Shown one piece after another: positions 47,401 through 53,041 of a stretch of DNA of 64,000 nt. The notes beneath the pieces were generated by a model that saw only the letters and a list, made by a program, of their open reading frames with translations, did no database searches and was not told the DNA's origin. The stretch is from Schizochytrium sp. TIO01. Taxonomy: Eukaryota > Protista > Bigyra: Labyrinthulomycetes. The stretch is from positions 7,298,761 through 7,362,760 of the forward strand of contig SMSO01000031.1 in NCBI GenBank assembly GCA_004764695.1, given 5' to 3'. Both the position numbers and the translations under genes were made by a program. Within the stretch, counting starts at the first letter, position 1, and every line of letters begins with the position of its first letter.

Positions 47401-47578
47401 TTCTGGAGGTGGAGAACCTCGCTTGATTCGGCCTAGTCTTCGCAATGGCCAGTCACCTGCTCCTCCGATTACTCTTACACAACTGATTTCTGGTGCAACT
47501 AACATGGACGAGGATCCGTTTGGCGAGTATATTGATAACTCTGGTGATATTCAACGTGGTACCCATCCGAGACGATGA
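26495..47578 (+). CDS. Giant HECT-type E3 ubiquitin ligase (HECTD4/HERC2-like mosaic), ~7,027 aa, uninterrupted ORF
   Basis: HECT at ~45960-47040: DDGGPYRQSFSEYCKELQ, FEFLGKLMGIAIR, ELELMVCG, YFWEVL, FVWGRARLP, LPYAHTCYFSLDLPSYSS (catalytic Cys codon 46946-46948). Other modules: three SPRY-like (~28900, ~38020, ~44450), CUB-like (31761-32120), APC10/DOC (~36970-37385), two Tudor (~39558-39895), CPH-like (~44060-44285) and Cys-rich repeats. First ATG is at 26495, after a candidate 47-nt 5'UTR intron at 26410-26456. Confidence 0.95.
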   Translation: MSTSQRTAMPDLDLVRALLEGSLLPYLDDAVLGKLDPKDWARPDSASQQFSSFKAGNSNNNSNSVEAKNVASNSIEEANKENLRDGRNQSFRSSHGDINVLTGSPIATLNSSSAAAADTARKTALSNILLADEAELGSNNTIVNEIPELRLPSQAHPSEANVARLLLTNTIQASLVQVREYLQGCKSLTSIYAAQQASQNVGAGHGGEPANTTERGRALQLLRMVYGRECEEDSTFADSYIEVAEREGRLGELVQSLLGETQVSRKLAPAQQHPGGLDAGSNAFTVMAMMEMQMSTLEHAFLGSDANAGQRLVKSTCSHLMELFAGMPLGVLSKMASWEHETFDALGQKLMDLAQGQLGKLDDESVASTLDMVDMFLLAMSLQRSSLDGVIATLRRIMDRSEKPLADFDEVLDRLLQRLSVANLYCPIDTESMRSDALPTWLQKEENRTPYETHVRWSSFNAGDSNSKSARNNSELLATSGYEQHLDVPVDEERETKSGDPNSQSSSRPLRIGDYVRLADDAVPNAALAHGERGRICFDNPTSATPFRVYGPRGDPGVWFSSQSLVPAKMDAREDELRGNVSQIDVEIDEEKAATNRESCEGQAFPWKRKSRDALSVSHDGRFLYICGESIGGIARVGSGAAGLGSTATLAGHVYAHFPLNWESMGRLNENPSAQLGWTTELADDKLLIVSRRRGSAWVEVQYLQASTLSRLASPGLTQSLRFRLTDVREAIREQFVGVRGADMLSCEAVTTPSGVDVVRIQLNKHSDSDGSQTPSPIYGTPVSSSIAWMGSGSAWITGSGCWYFEVTLRRAGLISVGWATPAFFNEHAEDNLAAAWTMQLGNGTVTDEHGISRSWGEPCKEGDIIGCTLDTSEVATGGTVRIMFSKNGSWAYPFGTAFTVDGPVLYARPVIILGADPSQITSVRRSDSAAGISSNVDATGNTHSNQLGSKNEMRSEPCVDVCIGSLKESEGEPALGRGRLRYAPASSSPWRPVAWSAGSSLMDEHLGDELDTYEEEDDDDDALTDERGDSISRASSPENPRHSFGTSESKVDANYKSPGLYSASQFTSSGSGLPGTDPSTSSWPEHAAVLPPLTSDGRWVYCVERSAPLLPGAMQAAGLYIRAFDPAKSMELARTWRVDQVSNLENFPTFERVSSWSLFTNGDDLVIVDEFKNENSFSQGTSSGYTRRCAIVPIATIHSVSPSSPLSQSKSTTNDKTFDDCWNRDNWPGGVDAKVRILPVVNDVVSARDAYSFSRTHSLVWVWNGAHNLCRAYDIQGFPSFDRSSWEVLNVSDRHSRRQLCVQVLTAIARVGAPFTRLRSSRGIFQATMKDLLQDREKEAMSSPVDPSKNAFIMHDEVTLEYILDILRLLLQTIRAEGVDNKTDVVSRAGVDACLRIILANSTDLPLDIDPTLTQNISETCLSLLKEESNGNIRSVQEIAVDFFAQALPIIFPTLQKKVQFIQQELSTISVEALRSKRALARLYCIVIQSMTANLLLLPFEKQIVESAGVLPRILNIVEKLSFDQLGELMKLNLSSQSCSVENDSLAHLCDASNGLLVSLLNSGLCDASVKPSSIASSSLVQIIDIFSVVLEKCSAILSSACDAACSIQTNVVDVETRSTHFATLSKIVQHSLVGRVFPIVCGWLEFLFRSPTTRTSVASALLSNDHLLGSMTHFVGLVVQFSSALASEGASLTGKSQTSAPLVQQQKSGPRKLGLQRRSSTIVMAAAIAAQQASASKEKPWTYAWSRTIPVTLVYESDHEYSNNTSERRTIEVPGAKSLKIVFDERTSTEENRDFLRFLRIPDGGRPEDAFRGSSLESCPEHLRYGEERYSGSHAWPGVNGVPPLVIPGNKCVMTFISDSSDVDWGYRFKVIAEVSEVRRVTARPWIDHLAGMSRDLVSSLIGGMVGSSTTLSTEEMRNLRWVQNPILSGGLVDPAGMASVAIPNPCPTPSRKADLPPMVPRKMTSDTTDRKSLPNKQVESKQSGNSAENSEDHSGGLWKRRGANGRTSNNSQGPTLSSSLSNPKLPLRSRARTHSSTRLRLHSLSEDDRNKVSNMLIEMMSPEFPPPNLGGALFQALRSQRVPLDQGFFTHRAAAALGAALIRVNGLEREALRVAKAHLNAPQNNEPPSARLLKVWSAAQYIRSWADQLVVNGQVQHHVEASLPDGSPLRAKLLDKISRANEYDDAEEPLYEAICEIVSERARFLIMDVAPPTSRMISLRSACRDAARARWHRLRRHFCPRTQRMLQEKKRWDVLLGALRALSSLRSMVDRHRSAAQKMAISLTRTRSSTLTRPSSYESDLGRERAGSRDRSISRDRSLSRDMPADSAIEDAAPSRAQPILRLGRGASGTLALESPLNTPPHLLSARSASSTNSASSAKSSHFNFHAPFRRRERVSGGLRRNSIVEVDGDVDMFVQEHDQSLSDSVNTFLQAAVPVDADALRAVLAQRNERALMRTAGFDFINNLTALARTEMRHRDGKLLFDTVLSSTTRALRGMDNTHHLTVESGKRILTALRSEEKENIALIATEAAVLTASSVRHLNPEIAQSLIHDAEQYEVVEKHQQLENEARVNTGQASIIPRGLTESHFMTDLPGCSLSLRESVTRSFLSFLRSINVLLQLSLRQQNSVALALRGERKVEDDLELTSWHKRNLQALLTQIMSQIQQYIHVVSLDYVEGDFDLLAESDIVTGLRSVLFHDFKDVYDVEVVRSVADKCFELLLRRCICETGQEAEETLRFTSGNSLQQSLLDVLVALLENSLMQTVRGMISHEPQGILNSLLDNTQDVAITDADEDHSSLEKSSIILRGEDFNIVADRVDLDSRVSTINFRLHFSDKKAGHFRAGRLFSIGNPQVEVDAISATTSQYIAGPPDDQMHVARFAFLEVGLDAERRLVVTVGDLVGVAVTTVSEFALPDSMDCEISVVLRECSSIEMHIVSSSFVGEKCQDNESRIYTVEEFYGVLLEVGQLPINMRHEYLLSNEVQPGMWVRILRGAFSGYTGFVLGLTAQTACVCIDFRRLHSDEADAMDMDVGLYPIAVPLTALLCVAYQARSLHRGITASALQAIMSSLPDISDATKRRQVHMILETLGLDEEMVDYGLRLFDAGLGEANPVHQDNLQAYALQAPLYIGGCPEWGRGVRRGVARGVIIQDLHFDRSSAFLPKTSRALPPTSSTSTSVADAPLPSATEGGVILYFPLSLLSEWNEDETSADDHDGDDADAGDDSNVGGGVGFDELVAALHFVENPQGLFPEESRNEQSIVRALEVLSLAYAACASPVGRARLTAPYALTLLLRTCISDSAALPLRIASTRVLAALLVEVPPLAASKYALGLADEFGLSNSVKEREGSEGNLLLTIIMHSIGGALHLASGRIGLQRTGFEARAMAMQLVELVHGLCAAETWAQTVAAWVAAALDRYADTMSTIHGTCLIEVMGALAVIGGVFESPRIGGRSIAASSNGLLSRNEVVVLGKVPQTVAPISLIAAKHYPKRKSHRPVDITARMKVQVSTGHPSGSVGNAQYLLDSSPNYWESNGYTPHWVQMVCPSGYTFHTIGIYTNESFENYSPEKVEVRLGPTPESLRTVRILKLQLSTKWVDLVQESDVRKSDRVFRLEITSNHAGGCDSRIQQLRVLARHQVEENTNSFEALDQQYHVRPVYGSEASPEDEETKKANRDSDRASFSQSFEQGLPGYPGGIGFQGGNESGSVYVENASRLEPIPLIPPSSLLTAFHGDLVKGLQRILAGEPSNLVHSDVRARAAKSVSMLLENQALVEQLGEALMPQLLQEVRARTKRQVMTCVPVRWALSEVVAQHSRLSVDENEIAGQARIAFANAGKLHRAVAVDMSPMVSGKHSWEVTLDVDIKDDETAMFGITSLAHLGSEMGAQNSGAVVENILKPSADFWMIQAYNGHRIHEGVSMQWEGAQDARVHPGDTIRFLLDMDMGTLSVAVNDKPLTRVFYGIDKRATWGVYPCVASYGNRSEVLMTMRNMCTTTGHGNSVAVPQRHIFLHGSDANLEIRAARISELLVEGVALVSDYENAARSPPQASSSKSRSNDQEQTEPVLDLTSFESDSSLDLHDIGFEGGSFDTSSTQRERSASAREAMGGSAGLQSSGLSASQQMIQKINVLYEIADSSAEEDMSQPSPLTIGSVKRDHEVQILAMAILSDARFVTTGLWLGAVAREVLECLYDRYCNRALEKLVVDWSLCTSRPLPQYLLQGSSLQRTINLVFRSTAGDQGDARAVDAIMSWSSGADESRVKDSLLSACTTVFTAVGHELSLGVQADRERLKMESQAREAEDRDAVTALAQVREARRPASGSHGSSSSMQSGSRREGVATPAPAISTSNALNPPRVRALSTTGPLEVGDIVRARFMGGPNWFSGYIANVYPDGTYAIDYDDGDKETHVPRNMIAPLSLQEDSPFAVGDIVQARFCRGSKWYRGRIARTYEGGQYDILYDDGDLDRRLEGSYVRAVERVVQESSESTAPNQDDEPPPADATLDERPGQYVLIADRYRGDIPASGKPDSAQVSIINSPSTADGYIRTVKLRLAEPPAGGFGSWDVIVFERAGDTSTFFVVGGTPTQPTCGTIHFDPHSTDIQTVPVDGTVYISQGQYLGVINRRGRLNVAYTPGKKKIEESWALKPVEVFYLMPKSVPEPFEGGPHRTRLWHGRAGWCATMQIANAPEHEGKSRYLRQNAEDIFAMRTESGIRVQESVRQACWLLTVLVRENIVPAMQILNSPSFLHSLRRVCDHGIFCIDGDSGKLEEISSPVYEAWLPVINLISLLCNAAVSPAVTTSALSGQTLPRSKAEALILLQAVLETKVNEMNEQRQRRLRDLVKTRALLTSSNAADATAASTSPGNASSTPAPAASVATTATFGAALPGPTASPRGYLEAMEARGGGPESTAEGNLAEGANDLAVNGVQYSSWRSGVPGRRMLNESMVTSTPPAPRASSGAHSLLVNSANYRANAGNRTRMSDIGVTFAHSSPTAAQVSTTGPSALGQDDSSSGSTGASNNVGQGQDSSATKVADGLLRLEHDEKGTVAGIRFQKLLKCLVSVDDLTRKDGLDGEALLIDSPRRALKEDSSWEDHSISLKAQFSLNPSVLSFEHFHGRLCISAIREKPLQADDEAEVENIKLALRELAVGDELIAVEGQFLESLDEKTRSELTALGMAGPQNSIISSQGIDSEGRHMPSSHWDSSEDSVLDFSQPYVYNGVVFPPLEVKVELCERSDRFETELTQDVLEGVSSKSEISLTFRRRRGEFTVSQKNQLGKGISYNGIRESLEGIQGQLMSSESSGSTSSLDNAEWLDSLVTATELLKAFACQMLPPDRFLKDQFVRWCQHVKGGVVESEHPVFQDAFNFVQSSKTSLRGDLMDFMSTRSSTAVDYTKKLSRQRTHSRMSDDDISSMDGLEHSSSTASLPRVEESGVGVSSVGQSLSKGGGSKSQLEARSVGVPLSSKSGTSSHLSIPGATALNLSWDMRSCLRLGNNSSQIVVHVDGREFRGTNGLPPNLSVVSGSTLALTIEGDESSLISSSTTSNKLNDRIGLGPKRSEIAVAGLRNRAGAYIWLGTRTHFRAKFFCGRLGSEIAGWTSANGMCGPDGDHQCPDCSYFTPRNMSGLNMRPGSSRDIKLQRMPMKDLLYCDRCMKNHVPCADCRRFLAVMARTQRMTRIPYRVRGDFDSDESYTQFLNGVVVPGMPMRVSVVSARLSGTVRPGSIVEVQLIRPTGRTTVTLLGRSHPSSVRSSSSFDVSLRDLELVPVRDIGGQDLRSRGANDRTLSVSTARDASGHGDSLRRTRGLLARHPNFESILRQDPESTDDILRRLKAGLDDIGDEDDDIDDMAVGEDGTGTGARREQHRFLEVTDFLLSSEYARYMTRNCHVHDKVRCSKRYESVAEGDVGEVIRIDEGDDLPCQVLWEKLGTQYWLPWDCLSLNLVPQSRRRGAISGRDAAAAVAAALADKLKSSRTGSSGRPGARDDDETSVTFASQPMSTDSVEVFNNNRSITKATRSSGWSTQRLNCEVDEAVPRMNVYFHIDDMSGPKLLFGVVATEGFGGENNERELYTPMTEVGAWALRCDGQIFSNGVRIRSNMSNRSLKVGDIITVSVDVENSMVTFLRNDEVLSTICGVPPRVVPAISLTSTMQRVSIRRVEVGDQVKLKPIEGWGYRLNVAPIFDPSSLQSQDGASTRSSTSSIVRSMDGQFKEYILRQHKWTRRQDEALVSYVNETVARSDMDLSELLKISWDELYALSPLDVQELASDGELGEGSTLELDDLPSVAEAESLEFGTDNNMQHQGEGFPPPPMVRRGASFTLLESNSYEHTTPIEDVQRHLFTQTSRSSLEPLNARKKKKRPVSVELLGLVRDRASIIGGLHQNQTDGTAGGRVQISLGDDVRMDQDRLRETLLDIAQRFELVRSLNRAVHEALGLLDLSAWRDIVSTAAHLSECSGILFDKFKVPLWLDAISSTKAEDIHKFDVVLDFGKAMSKRHLADVHGRHTVFAQAFRVMHPMPAKTLRAHGKLYKCVMRGMASHDDGGPYRQSFSEYCKELQTLPGVGLLLPCSNRANEIRVNRDRWLPNPAATSPVQISMFEFLGKLMGIAIRNRELLDLRLPSLVWKPLVNQVPTIDDLRAVDVLTVTNTDPDCADPSALLAQQPMYYTVITLDGREVELVPNGRFLQVTPDNYRDWAQRVLDFKVHEFDTQVEAIRRGLGTIVPQRLLMLFRWEELELMVCGQPKIDINLLKRMTVYSDCSENDAHIQYFWEVLNDFSDEQRSDYLKFVWGRARLPMDRESWDQPHKISSFYPPRAAYGRPEMRPDDMLPYAHTCYFSLDLPSYSSKEVMRRKLLYAVQCTEIDGDQTTTGRMSLRLGFEIDDDDDDDAAEDSFGQDVYDDVEDAAASGGGQLPASPPPPPPPIDVDVSGSFNRGTGDTIVSPSGVPLRPLPLDTIAESIAGYARRRVTPLETSVGDANESGHLSGSGGGEPRLIRPSLRNGQSPAPPITLTQLISGATNMDEDPFGEYIDNSGDIQRGTHPRR

Positions 47579-48131
47579 TAGCAAAAACAAAATGAAGACA
47601 AGATGGCTAAATCTAATTTTAATTCATAACTGAAAAATTATCTCTAGTATATATTCAAGTGTCTCGCCCCGCGGATCTGTTGTAACAAACAATTCTTAAG
47701 ATAGCACTCCAAATTCATCCGGATCTGAAGATGGTATCCATGCGAGATTTAACGTACTCATCATACTGCGTTTAGTTGTGAACAAACTCAGAAGTCTATA
47801 TTATCCTAGCTTAATAACTCGATATTGTAAAAAACATATCAAATGTGATGACAGAATAAGATTTTAGTTTCCTTCGTAATGATACTTCGCGGAGAGCATC
47901 TGGTAATAATTTAACTCATTCAACTTTACAAGTGGGATCATATACTTCATTCTGTTTTGATGGCAAGGATATTTACTTCATTTATACCAAAATGTCAAGG
48001 GTGCTCGTTTCACATAAAGTGTAAATCTCCACAAATACCAATTACTTATCTTTGTAAAAACAATAGAGTGAGCTCTTCAGTTTTGAACATATCATTTGCA
48101 TTCGCTACTAGAAAATCTAGTGGCTGTACAC

Positions 48132-49697
48132 TCAGATCCTCGTGAGCGTTGTAAACTCTTCAAAATCTCTAAAATCTTCTAAAGGGATTTCCGCCTTTTT
48201 CAAGGCGAGTGGAGTTGGGGCAACCCGTTGAGCTAGAGTGAGTGAGGCAAGGAGGCGAGCAAGATAGCAATATGTAGCCCCGGGGCGCAACCTTTTCTGG
48301 AATAGTTGGTCTGCCCGCTGGGCAATGTCGTAAGCAGCCTGATCACCTGTGGGTGTGAAAGCCCAGTCCCGAATTTCTCGCAGGTTACTCAGATCTGAGT
48401 CAGCAGGGATATAGTGCTCCCATGGGTGCAAATGGGCATAGTAAAACTCTCGATAGTGGAACTGGGAATCAATCCAAATTACTGCTGATTTCGTCGTTAG
48501 TTTTTGCGAGAGTCCCCAGCTTGCTGTATGTCCATCACAGTGCAAGATGTACTTGTAAAGGCAATACTCGTGACTTCTAACCGCTTTCTTAGTGTGGGAC
48601 GTGAAAAAGTCTCCGTAGCCAGGCACATGGTGTGGCGGTTTGCCGCCCGTAAAGCCTACATCGAACCCGGGCTCTTGAAAAAAGCCTTTGATGAGGGCTG
48701 GCCGAGGCAAATATTCATATACCAGAGGTTGGAGGGGTACACCTGTGGAGCTGCCACGCCAGAAGATCAAATCGATGCGATCGACCCAATTTCGATCGCG
48801 GTAGACATAGTTAACATCGAGTGACTTGCAGACGCGGAGAGCACGCCGTAAATTGCCATTATCTTCAACATTGCAATGTGTGGTGGCCCGGATGTATGCG
48901 TCTGTGGGCAACAGGATACCTGGGTGTGCGCTCGAGCCAGAGTATCTCGCCACTCCGGGCAAAGGTTGGAGCCATCCTGGCACGGCTGGTGAGGAGCTTG
49001 GAGCAGCCCAATCCCTAGTGTCGATACCGAAGAACACGTCGGGCACTTCACTCATACATGACAAAGCTGAAATAATGGTTCGAGTCGATTCAAAGAGCTT
49101 GTGACTCTGCACGCGGTCGCGCCCTCCACACGGCATATACCTAGGGTTTCCTTGATAAATCCACACTAAAACTGTGATGTCTTCCTTTTTACAGAGTTCG
49201 TAAAGGTACTCAATGGTGTAGGTGCTTGTTCCCATGGCCCGGAATGAGTCTTCTAACTCAGGTTCTTGAATGTCACATTCAAGTTTACATAGAAGGTCAT
49301 CAAACGTAAGTGGTTGCGAACAGTGTTGGTCTTGAGAGGCGCCCAACAAACTCGCGAGGCTCTGTGGCAATATTTGCCGCTCGGGGCATTGTGACATTAT
49401 ATCGTCAATTCGTACAGCAGCACTAATTCGTTTTGGAGCATTTAAGGGCAAAAACGAGTTCATGTTAGACTCTCGTACCCGAACAGGCTGAATCGCAGCC
49501 CTTCTAGGCAGCTCAACCTCATGCTGGCGGAATTTGCCACGGGCCTCGGGCTCAAACTCCCTGCTGTGGTCCACGCCGCGCAGCAAAAGTAATGGAAAGC
49601 CGACCACCACCACCAAGGCAGTGAGCACCAGGAGACGTTGCACCTGAAGGCTGAGTCGCCGCGTTAAAAAGGGCCCGCCCCCATTCATGAATTGCAT
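48132..49697 (-). CDS. Type II membrane GT90-family (CAP10/KDELC/POGLUT-like) glycosyltransferase; start uncertain
   Basis: TM segment LLVLTALVVVVGFPLLLL. Motifs LIFWRGSSTG, YKYILHCDGHTASWGL, YREFYYAHLHPWEHYIP, DLSNL, IAQRA, YCYLARLL. First in-frame ATG is at 49697; alternatively a 61-nt intron (49651-49711, GTAAGC..CAG) joins an upstream MWMFSGACG exon in frame. Confidence 0.88.
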   Translation of the reverse strand: MQFMNGGGPFLTRRLSLQVQRLLVLTALVVVVGFPLLLLRGVDHSREFEPEARGKFRQHEVELPRRAAIQPVRVRESNMNSFLPLNAPKRISAAVRIDDIMSQCPERQILPQSLASLLGASQDQHCSQPLTFDDLLCKLECDIQEPELEDSFRAMGTSTYTIEYLYELCKKEDITVLVWIYQGNPRYMPCGGRDRVQSHKLFESTRTIISALSCMSEVPDVFFGIDTRDWAAPSSSPAVPGWLQPLPGVARYSGSSAHPGILLPTDAYIRATTHCNVEDNGNLRRALRVCKSLDVNYVYRDRNWVDRIDLIFWRGSSTGVPLQPLVYEYLPRPALIKGFFQEPGFDVGFTGGKPPHHVPGYGDFFTSHTKKAVRSHEYCLYKYILHCDGHTASWGLSQKLTTKSAVIWIDSQFHYREFYYAHLHPWEHYIPADSDLSNLREIRDWAFTPTGDQAAYDIAQRADQLFQKRLRPGATYCYLARLLASLTLAQRVAPTPLALKKAEIPLEDFRDFEEFTTLTRI

Positions 49698-50309
49698 TTC
49701 CCAGAGCTTACCCGCAAGCTCCTGAGAACATCCACATTGAAGTCTAGGCTGAAGGTAATTGCTGCCCACTGAAGCCAATGTCGCAGAGTAGACGAATGAC
49801 TCAGCGAAACAAAGAATTTCTTAATCCTAGTTCCCATTACGAGCTCAATAGACCTTTCATTAGTAATAATTCATAAGGGGTTGAAGATTTCATTCTGCTC
49901 ACTTAGTAGTTAATAGAGACGAACAATTTTCAAGCTCCGGTGATGTTTATTTGAGGAGCTCCTTTTGTGCGCCCAGAGTATCTATACAACTTGAATGGCA
50001 TGTGCTTTGAAGAACACCCGAGCGCCTGTCACAAGCTGGCCCTTCTTGAGCAGCACAGCATTCTCGATTTCTCATTGTAGTTGTTCATCGAACTTATCGC
50101 TGCACAACTTCGATTCATTATTTATAGAAAGAGCCACGCAACTGTATGCGTCGCCGGCTGGGTAAAGCCATAAACTAGGACAACATACAAGCAATCGTAG
50201 CAAGTCAGGGACTGCGCTACCTACCAATATGGTAATGTGTTTTATAATAAATCTTTTCATGAAGTTGACCACTAGCAGAGTACACACCTTCGTCTTTGCA
50301 AGAGATGAT

Positions 50310-51560
50310 CACTTTTAACACACCTACTATGCCTAGAAAGAATAGATGAAGGGAAGTTCACGAGGTCAGAATATAGGCTACGTTGAAGTCACAAGGGTAT
50401 CTTCACCCAAGGCGAGATGATTCATCTCCACAAACTATCAAAACTTTAGCTAATTAATGAAGAGAATTTAACTTGCCGTAGTATGCATTTGAAGTCTAAT
50501 CATAGATTATCAAAGGAATTCGTGAATGAACAATTACACGAGTATTGGACTGCTGTAAAGAAAAGTAAACAGTGCAGTATTTTTGTAGATAAGCAGTCGA
50601 TCTAACGTGTAGGCTTGCAAAACTTTTTAGACTGGAGTGAACTACTTTTTGGGGCAACACCGGCAAAGTATATTGTGTGAAGAGTTTGGGGATGTGAAAT
50701 ACAAGAACAGTGAAACGGAGTATTTGTACCTCCTTCTATTTTAGATTTTAAGGTATCATCCAACATTACCTACCTGCCTACCTAGGTACTTTAGTATGTA
50801 ATGCATTTGGAAACTTTTGAGAGACAGCTTACAGTGATTACAAGTTGAACTTTCAAATGCTACTGTCTGTCTTAGGATTTTAGTAAATAAACAAGAAAGA
50901 ATTGTACCATTTCTTCTTTTCTGTATAAACAAATCTAAAGATATCTTGTTTAAACAAAAGCAATATATAAATATACACATATTTAAAGCGCCTTATTTCT
51001 ATCGTCATATTTTAAACTAAGGAAGCCATAAGCTACTACTTTGTAATGACTTTTAATTACCATCTGTGAATGGACAGGAGAAAAGGTGTCAATGTTAAAG
51101 GTGGCGTAACTTCAGAGAGGGTTGGGAGCTTATAGTAGAGGGATATATCAATAGCATATTTCCAGATGTGAATCCAAAACCTTGGGAGCGAGTTTTATGG
51201 CTAACGGACTGTGATTTCTTTCGCTTGAGCAACAATCTAATAAAAAGTGAGACATTGTCTGTACTTAAAGAAATCCATGAACCTAGCACAGAAATAAAAA
51301 AGAAGGACAGCCTTCAGCAAAGGCAAAGCGCTGCTTGAGACAAAACATCTGAAGCATACTAAACTTCTTGAAATTTTTGACAAGAAGATAGATGATCTTT
51401 TGCAAAATTGTAGACAAGTCAGTACTGCTCTTCAACGGAAATAACTGAAAACAAGGGTTGCTATAGCAAAATTTAACGGCGATAACGAGCTCGCTGAGCG
51501 TCTTACGAGCATCCTAGCACTGCAACATCAAGATTTCTGCAGGGTGTCCTCGGAAAACCA
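50310..51560 (+). mobile_element. Decayed PIF/Harbinger-type Myb/SANT-like ORF
   Basis: One frame at 50310-50680 reads LLCLERIDEGKFTRSEYRLR*..ENLTCRSMHLKSNHRLSKEF..EYWTAVKK..RVGLQNFLDWSELLFGATPA. This follows the Myb_DNA-bind_3 pattern of Harbinger accessory proteins, with three internal stops. A coiled-coil-like fragment lies at ~51330-51540. Confidence 0.5.
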
Positions 51561-53041
51561 CATGAAACATTCTCAATGTCGAAGCTAAGTATACAAACTA
51601 ATGATTCACCTGCACGTGCGCCATAAGGCTGAAATATCTTATCCTTATTCTGCTCGCTTTCATTCGATTTCCCAAATGCCTTGAATTATATTTATATAAA
51701 ACACATTTAAATCTTTTTATTGACAATTCTTTTGACTTTTGTCGAGAGTGGGCTTACTGGCGATTGCCAACTTTTTTCCTTGAGTACGATGATCTATGGA
51801 ATGGTCGTAGCAATCACATTTTGTTATGATAGCGTGTACAAATTTTCTCCAAGCTTCCCTAGAAAAATATATGCAGTAGAGAGTGTTAATAACTCAAGTC
51901 GACCCAGGTTCTGCGTTTCCAGCATAACTGTCTCAAGCATTTATGTCGTGCGTTTCTACTTGAGATTTACGTGTTACAGAACTACATTTAGGAAGATCAT
52001 GATGGCAAGAATCCCAGCTTCAGTAAGAAACCAGAAGTTCTCGACATGAAAGCATCCAAGCTCGAAGTTTATCTTCGCAGGTGCTAGTCGCTACAAATGA
52101 CAGAAGGATACAATTAGTAGCTGCTTCTATTGAGTACCTTATAGATCGACAGATATCATGTGTCGTCTCTGCTTTCTCGGTCTCCGGGTCAAGAACAGCT
52201 TCACTTCGCTCATCGTCCAGCACTATCCATTGCTTAAGGTAATCAATAAGCCATACTCATAGTGTGACACTAAGTCTGAGTCTTAATTTTCCAGCGTGAT
52301 AGCTAGGTATCTATATAAAACCCTAAGGCCTAAATTCCTATATATAGTCCGGAGGAGTTGAAACTCGAGGGAGGTGTTCTTCAATGCCTTTCATGACAAT
52401 TTACTTTAAAATAGGTTTCAGAGGTCCTCTGTGCAATAGCGTATAAACATAAGGTCCATGTCATCACGGTAGCGAGTTATCTGAAGTGAAATCTGCTTTC
52501 ATTGCTCTTCATTCGCACGAAAGCTGTCCATTATCGCTCCTAGTCCTTCAAGTAATGCTCGTCCTCTTTCTAGTAGGCAGCTAGTAGTTATTTTATTACT
52601 TTTACCGATCCTATCCGCCTAGCGTATTATTTTGTTTAGAAAATAGAAAAAGAAAGAAAGAAAGAAAAAGAGGAAAAGTTGAAAAGAAAACTCACCCCGA
52701 GTCAGGCTTGCAATTATCTCAATAGCCACCGCCGGTTTAAGACCCCTCCTATGGCAAGTGGTGACACTTGCCCAGGACGTGAAACCCAGCAGGCAGCATT
52801 TCAGGATGATTCCACCTCATGGTTTCTTACATATTGCGCTAAGTTTCAATTCTCATCATTGAAACCTCTAATCAACGTTTTATTAATATTCTTTTTTATA
52901 ATCTTTTCAAGTTCGCCTGAATGTTTAAAAGAAAACAAAATAAAGCAAAACCAGAGTTCTACCTAAGGTACCTAACTTCAAACTGCCTACATACCTCTTC
53001 CTTGAGAAGGTGTCAAATTGCATCTAGTCTTTGTCGAGTCG

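Noticed and set aside
52312-52335. TATA + AAACCCTAA as a telomerase RNA or telo-box signal
   Set aside because: Single short match with no supporting structure.
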